A stretch of 43,696 nt of DNA from the IMG/VR virus record IMGVR_UViG_3300045988_044483, one strand, 5' to 3'. Both the position numbers and the translations under genes were made by a program. Numbering within the stretch: position 1 is the first letter of the stretch; the number at the start of each line of letters is the position of its first letter. Source of the stretch: a virus. Below, one piece after another: positions 33,269-42,521 of this stretch. The notes under the pieces were generated by a model. It had not been told where the DNA came from. It ran no database searches and saw only the letters and a list, made by a program, of their open reading frames with translations.

Positions 33269-35077
33269 TTATTTCATCTTTGCGTATCCCACGCTCATCC
33301 CCGCTTCCGCATCGTTTGCCACGGTCGTTGTTGGGCTGTAGGTTCGCAGGGCTTTATAAGTGGCAAGCTGCTCTGTGGTAAGAGGTTTTTCGATCGGTGT
33401 TTCAAGCTGCCCTAAAAACGTCAATGGATTGGCTGAGTTTATAAAACCAAGAATCTGTTCTTTAGCCTCTTCTTTTGTAACATCTTCTTTGGGATGATAA
33501 TAAAAAGTTGTTGAATTTAATGCCCATCCGGGAGCAATTCCCCAATTTGCATAAATACCATGTGAGATTAAACACTTAGTCGAACCATCCCTATATCTAT
33601 TTACAAGGGCTCCAGAAATACAATATCTGTTTGGAACATCAGCGGTTTCTTCAAAATTTTTCCACTTTGCTTTTGGTGTTTCTGTTGCGACCCTCTGCAC
33701 ATACACTCCTTTTTTAAAATCCACCTCGTCGCATACCCACTGCTGCCCGTCTGCATCTGTGTAGTTTCCGCCGGATGATACCGGGATCCCAGAAAGACCG
33801 TTTGGTGTGGGAATGATGAGGGTCTGGGCGGGCTTGTAGGGTTCGTATGGCAAGGCGGTTGAGCCTGCGTTAATCATCGGATTAGACACTACTTCGTTAT
33901 ATGTCCCATTACTAATATAACAGTGATAAGTTGTTTCTTCATCAATTGTTAATATTCGATCAAATACGGAATCTTTAGATGCAATAATGTGCCATATAGC
34001 GCCACCTGTTAGACAATATACCCCAGGTTTTAACGTTATGTAAAAATTTCGGTTATTTGTACCAAAAGTTCCGTTTAAAACTACCTCTCCGGAATCGTTT
34101 ATATGCAGAAGTCCTGCATCTATCTGTGTTTTTAATGCAGTGGAAGCATCAAACAGATTCGCGCCCAGTGTCTTAACCTCAATCTCGCCATCCTGCCCTA
34201 CGCTTTCAATCTCCTGCGGGTACTCCTGTGACGGGGAGGGCTTGCCGCCGGTGTAAGGCTCGTAATTGGATGCAGTTGGATATCTTTTGGATATAATCGC
34301 CTTAACCTTGGTTTCAATGTCTTCTCTACATCTAAGCAATATCCGAAATTTATATCCAGCAATTACTTTAATTTTCACAGCAGCTCCAATTGTGGAAACT
34401 CCCAAAATTAAATATTCCCCATTTACAAATGTAGTGACAAGTAATTCCACATATTTGCTGTCTGAATAAATATAATATTCTCCCGGTGCTAATAACGGGA
34501 AATCGTCATATGAACTTTCAAGCGTAGCGTTTGGTCGTCCAACTGCATAGATATCGGTTCCTTTTTTGCAGGATATCACTATCCCATCTTCAAATACCTC
34601 AAAATTTATGCCCTTTTTCCCTACCTCAAATGGAAATAACTGTGCCCCAGTCGTGTTCATCTGCGTTGATTTGCCGTAGAGGGTAAGGGATTCCAGCCCA
34701 CGATTCCCCTTTGAATTTTCCAAGAGGGCGGGGTTGCCGGTAACGACCGTGAGCACAACGCTGTACGCATCGGCTACCAGCACCAAGAAATGCTCCTCTC
34801 GTGTCACAGGCGGAAAGACTTTCCCCTCTCCGCTGGCAATCGCCGCCCAGTAATATTCTAATCGTGTCACAGGCGCAGGGATGCTTCCGCCCCATACTCC
34901 TGCTACCTTTGCCATGTAATACTGCAATCTCGTGACGGGCTGCGGGGTATTGCCGGAATAATCCCCCGCCATAGTTGCAAGATAATATTCATCAATAGTC
35001 ACGGGCTCGGGTGTCTTGCCCTTATATGTCCCTGCAATCTTTGCAAGATAATACTCTTCTCTGGTTATCGGTTCCAT
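33269..35077 (-). CDS. Large structural-module protein with N-terminal 22-aa tandem repeats and a beta-rich C-terminal region (602 aa)
   Basis: The ORF lies between the portal gene and the minor capsid/MuF genes. Repeats are EPITREEYYLAKIAGTYKGKTP, EPVTIDEYYLATMAGDYSGNTP, QPVTRLQYYMAKVAGVWGGSIP, APVTRLEYYWAAIASGEGKVFP and PVTREEHFLVLVA. Confidence 0.7.
   Translation of the reverse strand: MEPITREEYYLAKIAGTYKGKTPEPVTIDEYYLATMAGDYSGNTPQPVTRLQYYMAKVAGVWGGSIPAPVTRLEYYWAAIASGEGKVFPPVTREEHFLVLVADAYSVVLTVVTGNPALLENSKGNRGLESLTLYGKSTQMNTTGAQLFPFEVGKKGINFEVFEDGIVISCKKGTDIYAVGRPNATLESSYDDFPLLAPGEYYIYSDSKYVELLVTTFVNGEYLILGVSTIGAAVKIKVIAGYKFRILLRCREDIETKVKAIISKRYPTASNYEPYTGGKPSPSQEYPQEIESVGQDGEIEVKTLGANLFDASTALKTQIDAGLLHINDSGEVVLNGTFGTNNRNFYITLKPGVYCLTGGAIWHIIASKDSVFDRILTIDEETTYHCYISNGTYNEVVSNPMINAGSTALPYEPYKPAQTLIIPTPNGLSGIPVSSGGNYTDADGQQWVCDEVDFKKGVYVQRVATETPKAKWKNFEETADVPNRYCISGALVNRYRDGSTKCLISHGIYANWGIAPGWALNSTTFYYHPKEDVTKEEAKEQILGFINSANPLTFLGQLETPIEKPLTTEQLATYKALRTYSPTTTVANDAEAGMSVGYAKMK
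34763..35074 (-). repeat. Coding tandem repeat, 4.7 copies of a 66-nt (22-aa) unit
   Basis: Read from the translated N-terminus. Consensus is P-V-T-R-x-E-Y-Y-L-A-x-I-A-G. Confidence 0.8.
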
Positions 35078-35078
35078 C

Positions 35079-36536
35079 TTATTCCTCCCCGAACAGCCCC
35101 GTTTCCTTCGGCTGGGCTTCCGTCACCATTGCCTTCGCATCGTCCTCTGTCATGCCCTCAAATTTGACGAAATACATCCACGCGGGTACCTTGCCCTGCA
35201 CAACATAGCTCCACCAGCGTGCCCTGTCCTCTTCGCGGTTGTAAGTGATGTCCCCGAAGTCGTATACCACTTCATAAACCCCGACAGGGGCAAGCGCGTA
35301 CAGATCTGCATACACCGACATGGCATATATAGCATCATTCAGACAACTCTCCAGTTTGTCCCGCACGTCCTTAATAAACTGGATGGTTCGCTGCTGTTCC
35401 GCTTCCACGCCTGTCGCTGTCTGGATGCCGCTCGCTTCGTTAAAAACAAAATAGCCGTTAGAGAACCCGCATTTATACCCTATCTGGGACAGGAGAGCAT
35501 TGATTCCGTCAAGGCGTGTGGCTGTGTTAAGCTGCGGTGAAATCTCCTGGTAAAACTCTTCCGGGCTGTTGCCGAACACGTTTTTCACATAATGCGGCAG
35601 CTTAACGTCTGGGATGCGCCCGTTAAGGTTCTTCCCGCTGTCAAACATCAACCTGTCATCCGCAAGGATGATCTTCTCGCTGTCATATATTTCCCCGGCG
35701 TTCCGGCTGTATGCGATGTCAAGGTCTTTCATTTCTTCGATTGCTTCCGCGTATATCGGCATCCCCAGCGGAGAAGAAAGATCTATGTTGTTTGCGGCAG
35801 GGGTGCGGAACACTCCGTACATGGGGGAATCAAGTCTTTCGTTCCCGCCCTTGAGAATCGGCGGCGTTTCCTCCAGCAGATCAGCCCACTTTGTCTGCTC
35901 CAGCGGGATAGGATCGCCGAGGGATTCGCTGCTCTTTGATACATATGCCCTGTTGGATATCACATACGGGTATATCACGCCCGCCTCCGTCCTCGTCTCG
36001 ACAAACCTATGATACTCCAAGCGTGTATAAAACTTTTCGTTAGCCGCATAGCTGTCTTTAAACACAACGCCCGTTATATTCCCGTTATCGTCCTGCTCCG
36101 TCACGAAAAAGTCCAGAGGGGTAAACATATCAAGCCCGCCGCCATTAGGCTTTACAATGATCGTGCCATAAGCACAGCCATACTCTACCCAATGACGCAT
36201 GCTATAATAGGCTTTATCAATCTGCTCCTGCAACCACGCCCCGCGTGCGCCGCCGTCAACCTGGATTTTAATCCCCAGCGTGACGAGCCGCGCCGTCTCG
36301 GAGCATACCGCCTTTGCAAAATTGATAGTCTTTATTCGATTATCTGCGTCTAACCAGTACGGCGTGCCGCGGTAGATGTTGGCACACTCTGCGACCTTTG
36401 CCATCATCTGCGCAGACGTGGTATCCTTTACCCTAAAATCTTTCTCAGCCTGCTTTTTAAATATCATATTAAACCACCTTTTGACTGTCTGTATAATTCC
36501 CATCTTTGCAATACCCCTGTGCCGTGTATTTGCCAT
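35079..36536 (-). CDS. Portal protein
   Basis: 485-aa ORF directly after the large terminase gene. The start is uncertain (alternative ATG at 36503). Confidence 0.75.
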   Translation of the reverse strand: MANTRHRGIAKMGIIQTVKRWFNMIFKKQAEKDFRVKDTTSAQMMAKVAECANIYRGTPYWLDADNRIKTINFAKAVCSETARLVTLGIKIQVDGGARGAWLQEQIDKAYYSMRHWVEYGCAYGTIIVKPNGGGLDMFTPLDFFVTEQDDNGNITGVVFKDSYAANEKFYTRLEYHRFVETRTEAGVIYPYVISNRAYVSKSSESLGDPIPLEQTKWADLLEETPPILKGGNERLDSPMYGVFRTPAANNIDLSSPLGMPIYAEAIEEMKDLDIAYSRNAGEIYDSEKIILADDRLMFDSGKNLNGRIPDVKLPHYVKNVFGNSPEEFYQEISPQLNTATRLDGINALLSQIGYKCGFSNGYFVFNEASGIQTATGVEAEQQRTIQFIKDVRDKLESCLNDAIYAMSVYADLYALAPVGVYEVVYDFGDITYNREEDRARWWSYVVQGKVPAWMYFVKFEGMTEDDAKAMVTEAQPKETGLFGEE

Positions 36537-36565
36537 ATTCCCGGCATTTTTCCGCTTGATGTATA

Positions 36566-37819
36566 TTAAGCTGTGTTCCCTCTGCGGTTAAATTTAGGTT
36601 CAAATGCGTAACGTGTCGCATCGATCGAATGGTTGTTTGCATCCGGATAGCCGCTGATGATGTTGCCGTCCTTGTCCCGGTCATATTCGTATTCGGTAAA
36701 TTCGCGGAATACGTTCGGTGTCCTGCGCTTGTCTATAACGATCTTTCGCCGCATAAGCCACTTCATTCCATATTCGACGCTACCTGGCCCTTTTATCGCC
36801 GGCCGCGCCGGAAGTCCCATGCTCCGGTAATCGTTTATAGATTTCGGTTCGGCACTATCGCAAGTTATATGATAATCCGTATAACCTTTTTCTTTGATCC
36901 AGTTACCCGTTATCTCGTTCGATTCTTTATTGACATAATGCTCGTCAATAAAATAAATCGTCTCGCTGTCCGCGTCATAATAGCATCGGACAAACGCATA
37001 CGCATCTGGGTACCAACCAAAGTCAGTCCCCTGATAAATCACATCCATCCGGGCTATTTCGTCATCGGTAATTTCGCGCAGCTCCAGAAGCTCAAATACG
37101 TTTCCACCTGTCCCAACTGCGTTCCCTAGATACTCATGCTCGTATGCTCTCGGATTTGTGAGCATTAAATGCTCGGCACTGTCAAAAAATTCATCTCCTA
37201 GCCACTCCCGCGGCACGCTCCTGTAATCGCTTTTGTGGTTGTATGCCCGACCATCCTCAATTTGCACATATTCGTTTGCCCAGTTGTTCCGATTGATCGG
37301 CGGATTAAACGTCTTAAACACGACATACCCATGCCCGCCTCTCAGAACAGACTGCTCCGCCATTCGGATTTCTTCTGGACCCTTGAAGATATCCAGTTCC
37401 TCGAACCAGAGATATTTAAAAAATCCTGTAGCTGCCTTGATGGATTTTGTCTTTTGTGCCTTATCCAGACCGCGAAATATGATCTTTTGCCCTGTCGGCA
37501 GGTAGGTAAATTGCATCGGGTTTACATTGCTGCGCCAGTAACCAGACACGCCCAGCGCATCTACCGCCCATTGGATCTGGTTATAAACAGAATCTCGCAG
37601 CATTGCGGAGAACTTGTGGAATACTACCGCGTTTGCTGCCGGGTCTTGCATCATGCCAAGTACGATCTCTACAGACACAAAAGAGGACTTTGTCGAGCCT
37701 CTTCCTCCGTAAAGGTTGTAGTACTCGTGCCGCCCTGCCTTTATATCCTTATGTACTTTGTAAAAAGCCGGAGCAATTAAATCTGTAAGCCCTATCCGTG
37801 CTCCCTGCCGTTCTGCCAT
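36566..37819 (-). CDS. terL: Terminase large subunit (PBSX/Terminase_3-like)
   Basis: Walker A-like YNLYGGRGSTKSSFVS, followed by a nuclease-domain-sized C-terminus. Confidence 0.85.
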   Translation of the reverse strand: MAERQGARIGLTDLIAPAFYKVHKDIKAGRHEYYNLYGGRGSTKSSFVSVEIVLGMMQDPAANAVVFHKFSAMLRDSVYNQIQWAVDALGVSGYWRSNVNPMQFTYLPTGQKIIFRGLDKAQKTKSIKAATGFFKYLWFEELDIFKGPEEIRMAEQSVLRGGHGYVVFKTFNPPINRNNWANEYVQIEDGRAYNHKSDYRSVPREWLGDEFFDSAEHLMLTNPRAYEHEYLGNAVGTGGNVFELLELREITDDEIARMDVIYQGTDFGWYPDAYAFVRCYYDADSETIYFIDEHYVNKESNEITGNWIKEKGYTDYHITCDSAEPKSINDYRSMGLPARPAIKGPGSVEYGMKWLMRRKIVIDKRRTPNVFREFTEYEYDRDKDGNIISGYPDANNHSIDATRYAFEPKFNRRGNTA

Positions 37820-37828
37820 TTAGTCTCC

Positions 37829-38194
37829 CTACTTTTCTGTCGCCGCGTCCGGAATATCGTCAACGATCGTAACCTTTCCGGATGCCTCGACCTCCATCTG
37901 GTCACGCTGTCCTAACCACTGCTTGCCTAACCAAATAGCCATTGTCGGATTCGTCTCTGCATGTTTGAACTGGAGTCTTCGCAGGCTTGCTTTGCCCTTC
38001 TGGCTCTTTTTTTTATAAGTCTCCGCAAATCCCTCTTTGTACGTCCTCACGCACCATCTTTCAATCGTGTCCTCGCTGCATCCGATAACTGCCGCAATCT
38101 CCGCAAGTGTGCATTGAATCGAACATAAGTTCTCGAATACTTTTTGATCAATTGGTATTCTTTTCCGTCCGCCCTTGTTTGCATTATCAGACAT
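37829..38194 (-). CDS. terS: Terminase small subunit (HTH type)
   Basis: KGGRKRIPIDQKVFENLCSIQCTLAEIAAVIGCSEDTIERW is an N-terminal HTH. It lies directly upstream of terL. Confidence 0.7.
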   Translation of the reverse strand: MSDNANKGGRKRIPIDQKVFENLCSIQCTLAEIAAVIGCSEDTIERWCVRTYKEGFAETYKKKSQKGKASLRRLQFKHAETNPTMAIWLGKQWLGQRDQMEVEASGKVTIVDDIPDAATEK

Positions 38195-38214
38195 ATATAC
38201 TACCTCTTTTTTAT

Positions 38215-38400
38215 TTATTGTTTGTTTTCAGTTAAATGCTCATCTTCTGCCTGACATTTTTTTAAGATGATCTCATTGTTATCCCCAATAAAAATTTGTA
38301 ACGGATCTGATTCTTGGATGTTCAACCTTCTCCGTACATACCTTGGAATTCTTATTCTTCCAAGATCATCTAATATATACACTCTTCCTATTGCTTCCAT
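38215..38400 (-). CDS. AbrB/SpoVT-family DNA-binding protein (61 aa)
   Basis: GRVYILDDLGRIRIPRYVRRRLNIQESDPLQIFIGDNNEIILKK aligns with the AbrB N-domain (VDELGRVVIPIELRRTLGI...). Confidence 0.8.
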   Translation of the reverse strand: MEAIGRVYILDDLGRIRIPRYVRRRLNIQESDPLQIFIGDNNEIILKKCQAEDEHLTENKQ

Positions 38401-38434
38401 TTCTCCTCCCGGGTTATTCTGCTATGCAAAAACA

Positions 38435-39596
38435 TTATTTATTTAATAAAACAGCTTTTGCCCCTGTAAACTTTTCCCATCTGTCGACAATAACATCCAC
38501 ATACCGTGGGTCGTATTCCATAGAATAGCCGCGCCGTCCATTCTGTTCGCATGCCATAATGGTTGTCCCTGATCCGCCGAACAAATCGAGAACCACGTCC
38601 CCCCCCCTTAGTATTATTCTTGATCTGGTAATCAAATAAGGGGATCGGCTTCATGGTCGGATGCATGTCATTCCGTGTGGGTTTGTCAAAATTGATTACT
38701 GTTGTCTGCTTTCTGTCTGAAGCCCACAGATGACCAGCTCCTTCTTTCCAACCATACAGGCACGGCTCGTGTTTCCATTGGTAATCCTGCCGCCCCATTA
38801 CCATGCTGTTTTTGTTCCAGATAAGGCACTGCCTTACCGTCCAGCCAACGTCAAAGCATGCTCCCCTAAAGTTGTATCCCTCGCTGTCCGCATGCCAAAT
38901 GTAAAAGACCGCGCCTGGTTTCATGACCATGTCGGCGTTGCTAAAAGCATCGATCAAAAACTGCCTAAAATTATCGTTGTCCATCTTGTCATTTTTTATT
39001 TTAAGCTTGTCTTTGGTCTTGCCCTCGTAATTTACGTTGTATGGCGGGTCTGTAAGCAGCATATCTGCCTGTACTCCCCCCATCAGCTTTTCCACATCTT
39101 CCAGCACCGTGCTGTCGCCGCACATCAGCCTATTATCGCCCAACTGATAAATGTCACCCAGTTTAGATTTCGGCTCTGCAGGTAACTCTACCTCAAATTC
39201 ATCTTCAACAGCTTCCTCGGCATCGTCCTGCAATGCATCCTCGAATCCAAACAATTCCATGTCAAGGTCGATAATATCGTCAAGTTCCGCATTCAGCAGG
39301 TCAAAATCCCATTCAGCTTTTTCAGCTACTTTATTATCTGCCAACCTGAATGCCTTTATCTGCTCATCTGTCAGGTCGTCAGCGATTATGCACGGCACTT
39401 CACTCATTTTAAGCTTTTTTGCAGCTTTATATCTTGTATGCCCTGCAACAATAACATTGTTTTTATCGATCACGATCGGAACCTTAAACCCGAACTCTTT
39501 GATGGATTCTGCAACGTATTTAACAGCATCATCGTTCTTTCTCGGGTTATTCTCGTATGGTTTTAAATTTTTTAAAGGGATATTGGTTATGTTCAT
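38435..39596 (-). pseudogene. ParB-like nuclease domain fused to an N6/N4 DNA methyltransferase, frame-shifted at a G9 tract
   Basis: N-terminal LKPYENNPRKND...VIVAGHTRYKAA is ParB-like and LLTDPPYNVNYEG is motif IV. Motif I (VVLDLFGGSGTT) lies in the other frame (ORF 38435-38635). The frames meet at the G9 run, and G8 would give ...NNTKGGDVVLDLFGGSGTT. Confidence 0.85.
38599..38607. repeat. Homopolymer C9 (G9 on the coding strand) at the methyltransferase frameshift
   Basis: Counted directly: aaccacgtCCCCCCCCCtta. Confidence 0.95.
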
Positions 39597-39875
39597 AACT
39601 CATTCATTCTCCTATTTCTATAATTTTACCATTGCTTCCGGCTCTCTTTGTACCCGATTCATGTTTATGTCCATCATGTGGTAAAAAAGGCGCTGGTAAC
39701 CGTAAAAGTCTGTCCTGCTCTTCGCTGTAAAATTGGCTGGTAGAAATTTTGATTACGAGCCCGTGGACAGTATGGCGCGCTGAAGCTTTTTCATGACGGC
39801 ATTACAATTCATATCATACCCCATACAGTTATTATTCTATTTTACCATTCTCGTTTCCTGATCCGCGTACCCCTT

Positions 39876-40178
39876 TTACACAATTGCATGTCCTTCCAGT
39901 ATCATATAGCTGTTGTATAGATATATCGTTTTCCTGCGATACCCATAAAAATCTTTCCTCCCGATAGGGATGTTGCATATCTTTGAGATGTTGTCATACC
40001 CCAGCCCTGATGTCAGGCTAAAAAACAGATATTGCGCCAACTCTGCATATGCGCTTTCCGCAGCCAAAAGCAGCAGTTCCAATTCCCTCCCCTTTGCGTT
40101 TTTGCACTTGTCTTCTATTTTTTTTACCTCATTGTATGTCAGACCGTAACCATTAAAGTATGTGTCCCTTGTTCCCAC
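39876..40178 (-). CDS. Hypothetical protein (100 aa), possibly an HTH regulator of late genes
   Basis: GTG start after GAAGG. C-terminal GLGYDNISKICNIPIGRKDFYGYRRK looks HTH-like. It lies upstream of the packaging module. Confidence 0.45.
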   Translation of the reverse strand: MGTRDTYFNGYGLTYNEVKKIEDKCKNAKGRELELLLLAAESAYAELAQYLFFSLTSGLGYDNISKICNIPIGRKDFYGYRRKTIYLYNSYMILEGHAIV

Positions 40179-40251
40179 ATTCCCAACCTTCTTTCTTTTT
40201 GCTTTATTTTTTTGTTACCCTATCCCAGTCCCGCAGGATTTATCTGTGTAG

Positions 40252-40327
40252 ACAGAGGGAACCAGCACACAAGCTGGCGCGCCGGAGCTGGCCGGTTAGG
40301 TGATACATTCTGCGGCTTCCCCTCTGT
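40252..40327. other. GC-rich nested-palindrome element (possible structured RNA)
   Basis: Outer arms are ACAGAGGGAA and TTCCCCTCTGT. The inner hairpin is CCAGC-ACACAA-GCTGG. GGCGCGCC is a palindrome. AGCTGGC is a direct repeat at 40272 and 40286. Confidence 0.4.
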
Positions 40328-40336
40328 TTCGTTAAT

Positions 40337-41086
40337 TTAATCTTCTAACCACCTATTATCCAAATAGCAAAACCAAATCACAATCGCAATCATCAGAATT
40401 ATCCAAAACGACCAGAACATTATATTTCCAATACCAGAAGTGCAACTATCTAATGCTTGCTTAATGGTATAGTCCTTAAAAAATTGTGAACTGTCAGAAA
40501 TAGTTCCATCTGATAATCTGGTATATATCGTGCCAGTGTGCTTAACGGGTGTTCCATAATACTTGAATCGTACCTTTACATATTCCCCTGACTTCCAACT
40601 GTACTCTCTGTCAGAATTTATTGTCTTTATGTGATTGTCCAGAGAATACGGGATTTTATCATACGGAAATTCGATACCACAAAACATAATATTTTCGGAA
40701 TGTTTGCTTTCTCTGTCCTCGATTTCCCATTCATAGTATACTTCTACTTTTGTGTGCTTTTTACCTTCTGAATCTGTTTCTGTCACTTCTCTTTCATGGC
40801 GTTCATATCGTTCTTCTATCTTTTTAACATGAAGATATTCCCCGCCAATCTCATCAAAAGTCACTGTATCAACCGCTTGCAAATCTCCATACACAAAAGC
40901 ATTTCCAACATTTGTGTCCATGCCATACCGAAATAATTCAGAGTCCTCAATATGCACTGCCTTCTGGTATTCGGCGTTCTTATCGTTCTGCATATCAGTT
41001 ATTTTTCCAGATATAAAGAAACCGACTATTAGCATAACGGCGGCGATTGCAACGCTGATGATGATTTCGCGCTTGGTTATTTCCAT
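40337..41086 (-). CDS. Two-TM membrane protein partnered with LemA (249 aa)
   Basis: N-terminal TM (IIISVAIAAVMLIVGFFISG) and C-terminal TM (IMFWSFWIILMIAIVIWFCY) flank a soluble domain of about 190 aa. The start is 4 nt after the LemA stop. Confidence 0.65.
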   Translation of the reverse strand: MEITKREIIISVAIAAVMLIVGFFISGKITDMQNDKNAEYQKAVHIEDSELFRYGMDTNVGNAFVYGDLQAVDTVTFDEIGGEYLHVKKIEERYERHEREVTETDSEGKKHTKVEVYYEWEIEDRESKHSENIMFCGIEFPYDKIPYSLDNHIKTINSDREYSWKSGEYVKVRFKYYGTPVKHTGTIYTRLSDGTISDSSQFFKDYTIKQALDSCTSGIGNIMFWSFWIILMIAIVIWFCYLDNRWLED

Positions 41087-41089
41087 AAG

Positions 41090-41632
41090 CTATTCTCCAA
41101 ATAAATCCTGCGGTGCGTCAACTGGTGCTTGATAATCCAACCGCTGAAATTTCAAAACCTCATAGCCTGTCCAGTCGAGGAAGATTCTTGCTGGAAACTT
41201 CTTTACATACCTGTTATAAGCTGTTACGGATTTATTGTAATTTTCCCGGTACTGGGCAAGCATGTTTTCGGTAATAGACAATTCATTCATGAGTTGCTTA
41301 TAATTCTCATTGCTTTTCAACTCTGGATAAGCATATGTAACTGCCGCGATCACAGTATTTACATCTTCTACACTGTTCCCTTCGCTCATTCCATCTGCAA
41401 GTCCAGTCAATGTTTCTGATTCATGCCGATCATACTGTTTTACACAGTCTGCCAGATTATAAACCAAGTCAACCCTGCGTTTCTCCTGCACTTTAATGTC
41501 AGATTCAGCGGTATAGACCGATTCTTCCAGACTGATTGCCCGATTCTGTACTGACTGCACTCCAAACACACACAACAAAACTACTGCCACTACTACTCCT
41601 ACAATAATCAATGGTAATTTCCAATTTTTCAT
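41090..41632 (-). CDS. lemA: LemA-family protein
   Basis: N-terminal TM, then QNRAISLEESVYTAESDIKVQEKRRVDLVYNLADCVKQYDRHESETL...AYPELKSNENYKQLMNELSITENMLAQYRENYNKSVTAYNRYVKKFPARIF, which is the LemA pattern. Confidence 0.8.
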   Translation of the reverse strand: MKNWKLPLIIVGVVVAVVLLCVFGVQSVQNRAISLEESVYTAESDIKVQEKRRVDLVYNLADCVKQYDRHESETLTGLADGMSEGNSVEDVNTVIAAVTYAYPELKSNENYKQLMNELSITENMLAQYRENYNKSVTAYNRYVKKFPARIFLDWTGYEVLKFQRLDYQAPVDAPQDLFGE

Positions 41633-41685
41633 AGTTCTTTTCCTTCCTTTAAATGCTCATTTTCGCCTTTGCAAAATACATCTGG

Positions 41686-41856
41686 CTAATCACCAATCGT
41701 GAAAAAAATCATAGGCAACACCCCAGCAAAGGCTGAGAGTATTAACACATCTCCCATTCTGCTGGAGCGGTCCATACTAAACGCCAGAATAAATAGTATC
41801 AGCCAAGCCGCAGCCGCTATTATGCCCAACTTTCCTAAAATATCCTTTTTGTCCAT
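41686..41856 (-). CDS. Small two-TM membrane protein (56 aa)
   Basis: Hand translation: MDKKDILGKLGIIAAAAWLILFILAFSMDRSSRMGDVLILSAFAGVLPMIFFTIGD. RBS is AAGGAGGGATAA. Confidence 0.5.
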   Translation of the reverse strand: MDKKDILGKLGIIAAAAWLILFILAFSMDRSSRMGDVLILSAFAGVLPMIFFTIGD

Positions 41857-41879
41857 TTTCTTATCCCTCCTTAATAACG

Positions 41880-42494
41880 TCAGATTTTTTCGATTACGTT
41901 TTTATACAGCTCTCTGTACTCTTCCAGCAGTGCTTCTGCTCTTTCCGCCCGGATAGTCAATTCTTGCACCTCTGCAGCACAACATTTTTGTGGCTCCGCA
42001 GGAGCGATATTGCTCGGAATTTCCACCGGTACTTCCCGGACAACTTCTTTTTCTGTGATCTGCGGTTCAATCCCGATCGATGCTGCAAGCTTGTTTTTAA
42101 TATCTGCCAGCTGCTCATCTGTTACTGTACGGAGGTATTCCTCAAAACTTCTAGATGGCACATAATACATTCGATCGCTGGAACCGTACCGCAGCCCCTC
42201 GCAGTTTACTTCGATATCTGTATGCGTACCCTCTTCTGCTAGATGAATTACATACGCCATTGCCCCGTGGTCTGCTACCACCAGCACGATCTTCTCTGCC
42301 CCTGTGACAGTTCGTGTTCTCCAAACTTCTCCGGTTTTATTTTCTGTTCCCATATTCTTGTCCTCCTGCAGTTTCCTGCGCTTTATTCTCTCTTCTCTTG
42401 CTACCGCGATAATCGCCCGGCAGGCTGTTTCGTCGCGGTAGCCCTCTGCGTTTTTATACATCCATGCCCCCCGAAAATCATTGGTTGATACCAT
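41880..42494 (-). CDS. Hypothetical protein (204 aa)
   Basis: ORF with an N-terminal MYKNAEGYRDETA-type motif common in Firmicutes phage proteins and a C-terminal coiled coil. Confidence 0.55.
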   Translation of the reverse strand: MVSTNDFRGAWMYKNAEGYRDETACRAIIAVAREERIKRRKLQEDKNMGTENKTGEVWRTRTVTGAEKIVLVVADHGAMAYVIHLAEEGTHTDIEVNCEGLRYGSSDRMYYVPSRSFEEYLRTVTDEQLADIKNKLAASIGIEPQITEKEVVREVPVEIPSNIAPAEPQKCCAAEVQELTIRAERAEALLEEYRELYKNVIEKI

Positions 42495-42521
42495 TTCATA
42501 CTATCCCCTCTGTTTTTGGTA

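Noticed and set aside
33269-35077. A diversity-generating retroelement targeting the repeat-containing or fibre genes.
   Set aside because: The window has no reverse transcriptase gene and no template/variable repeat pair. The repeats are in-frame protein tandem repeats.
41880-42494. A possible MazF/PemK-like toxin fold in the 204-aa protein (GEVWRTRTVTGAEKIVLVVADHG...).
   Set aside because: The resemblance is weak and from memory only. There is no adjacent antitoxin-like gene, so it is left as hypothetical.
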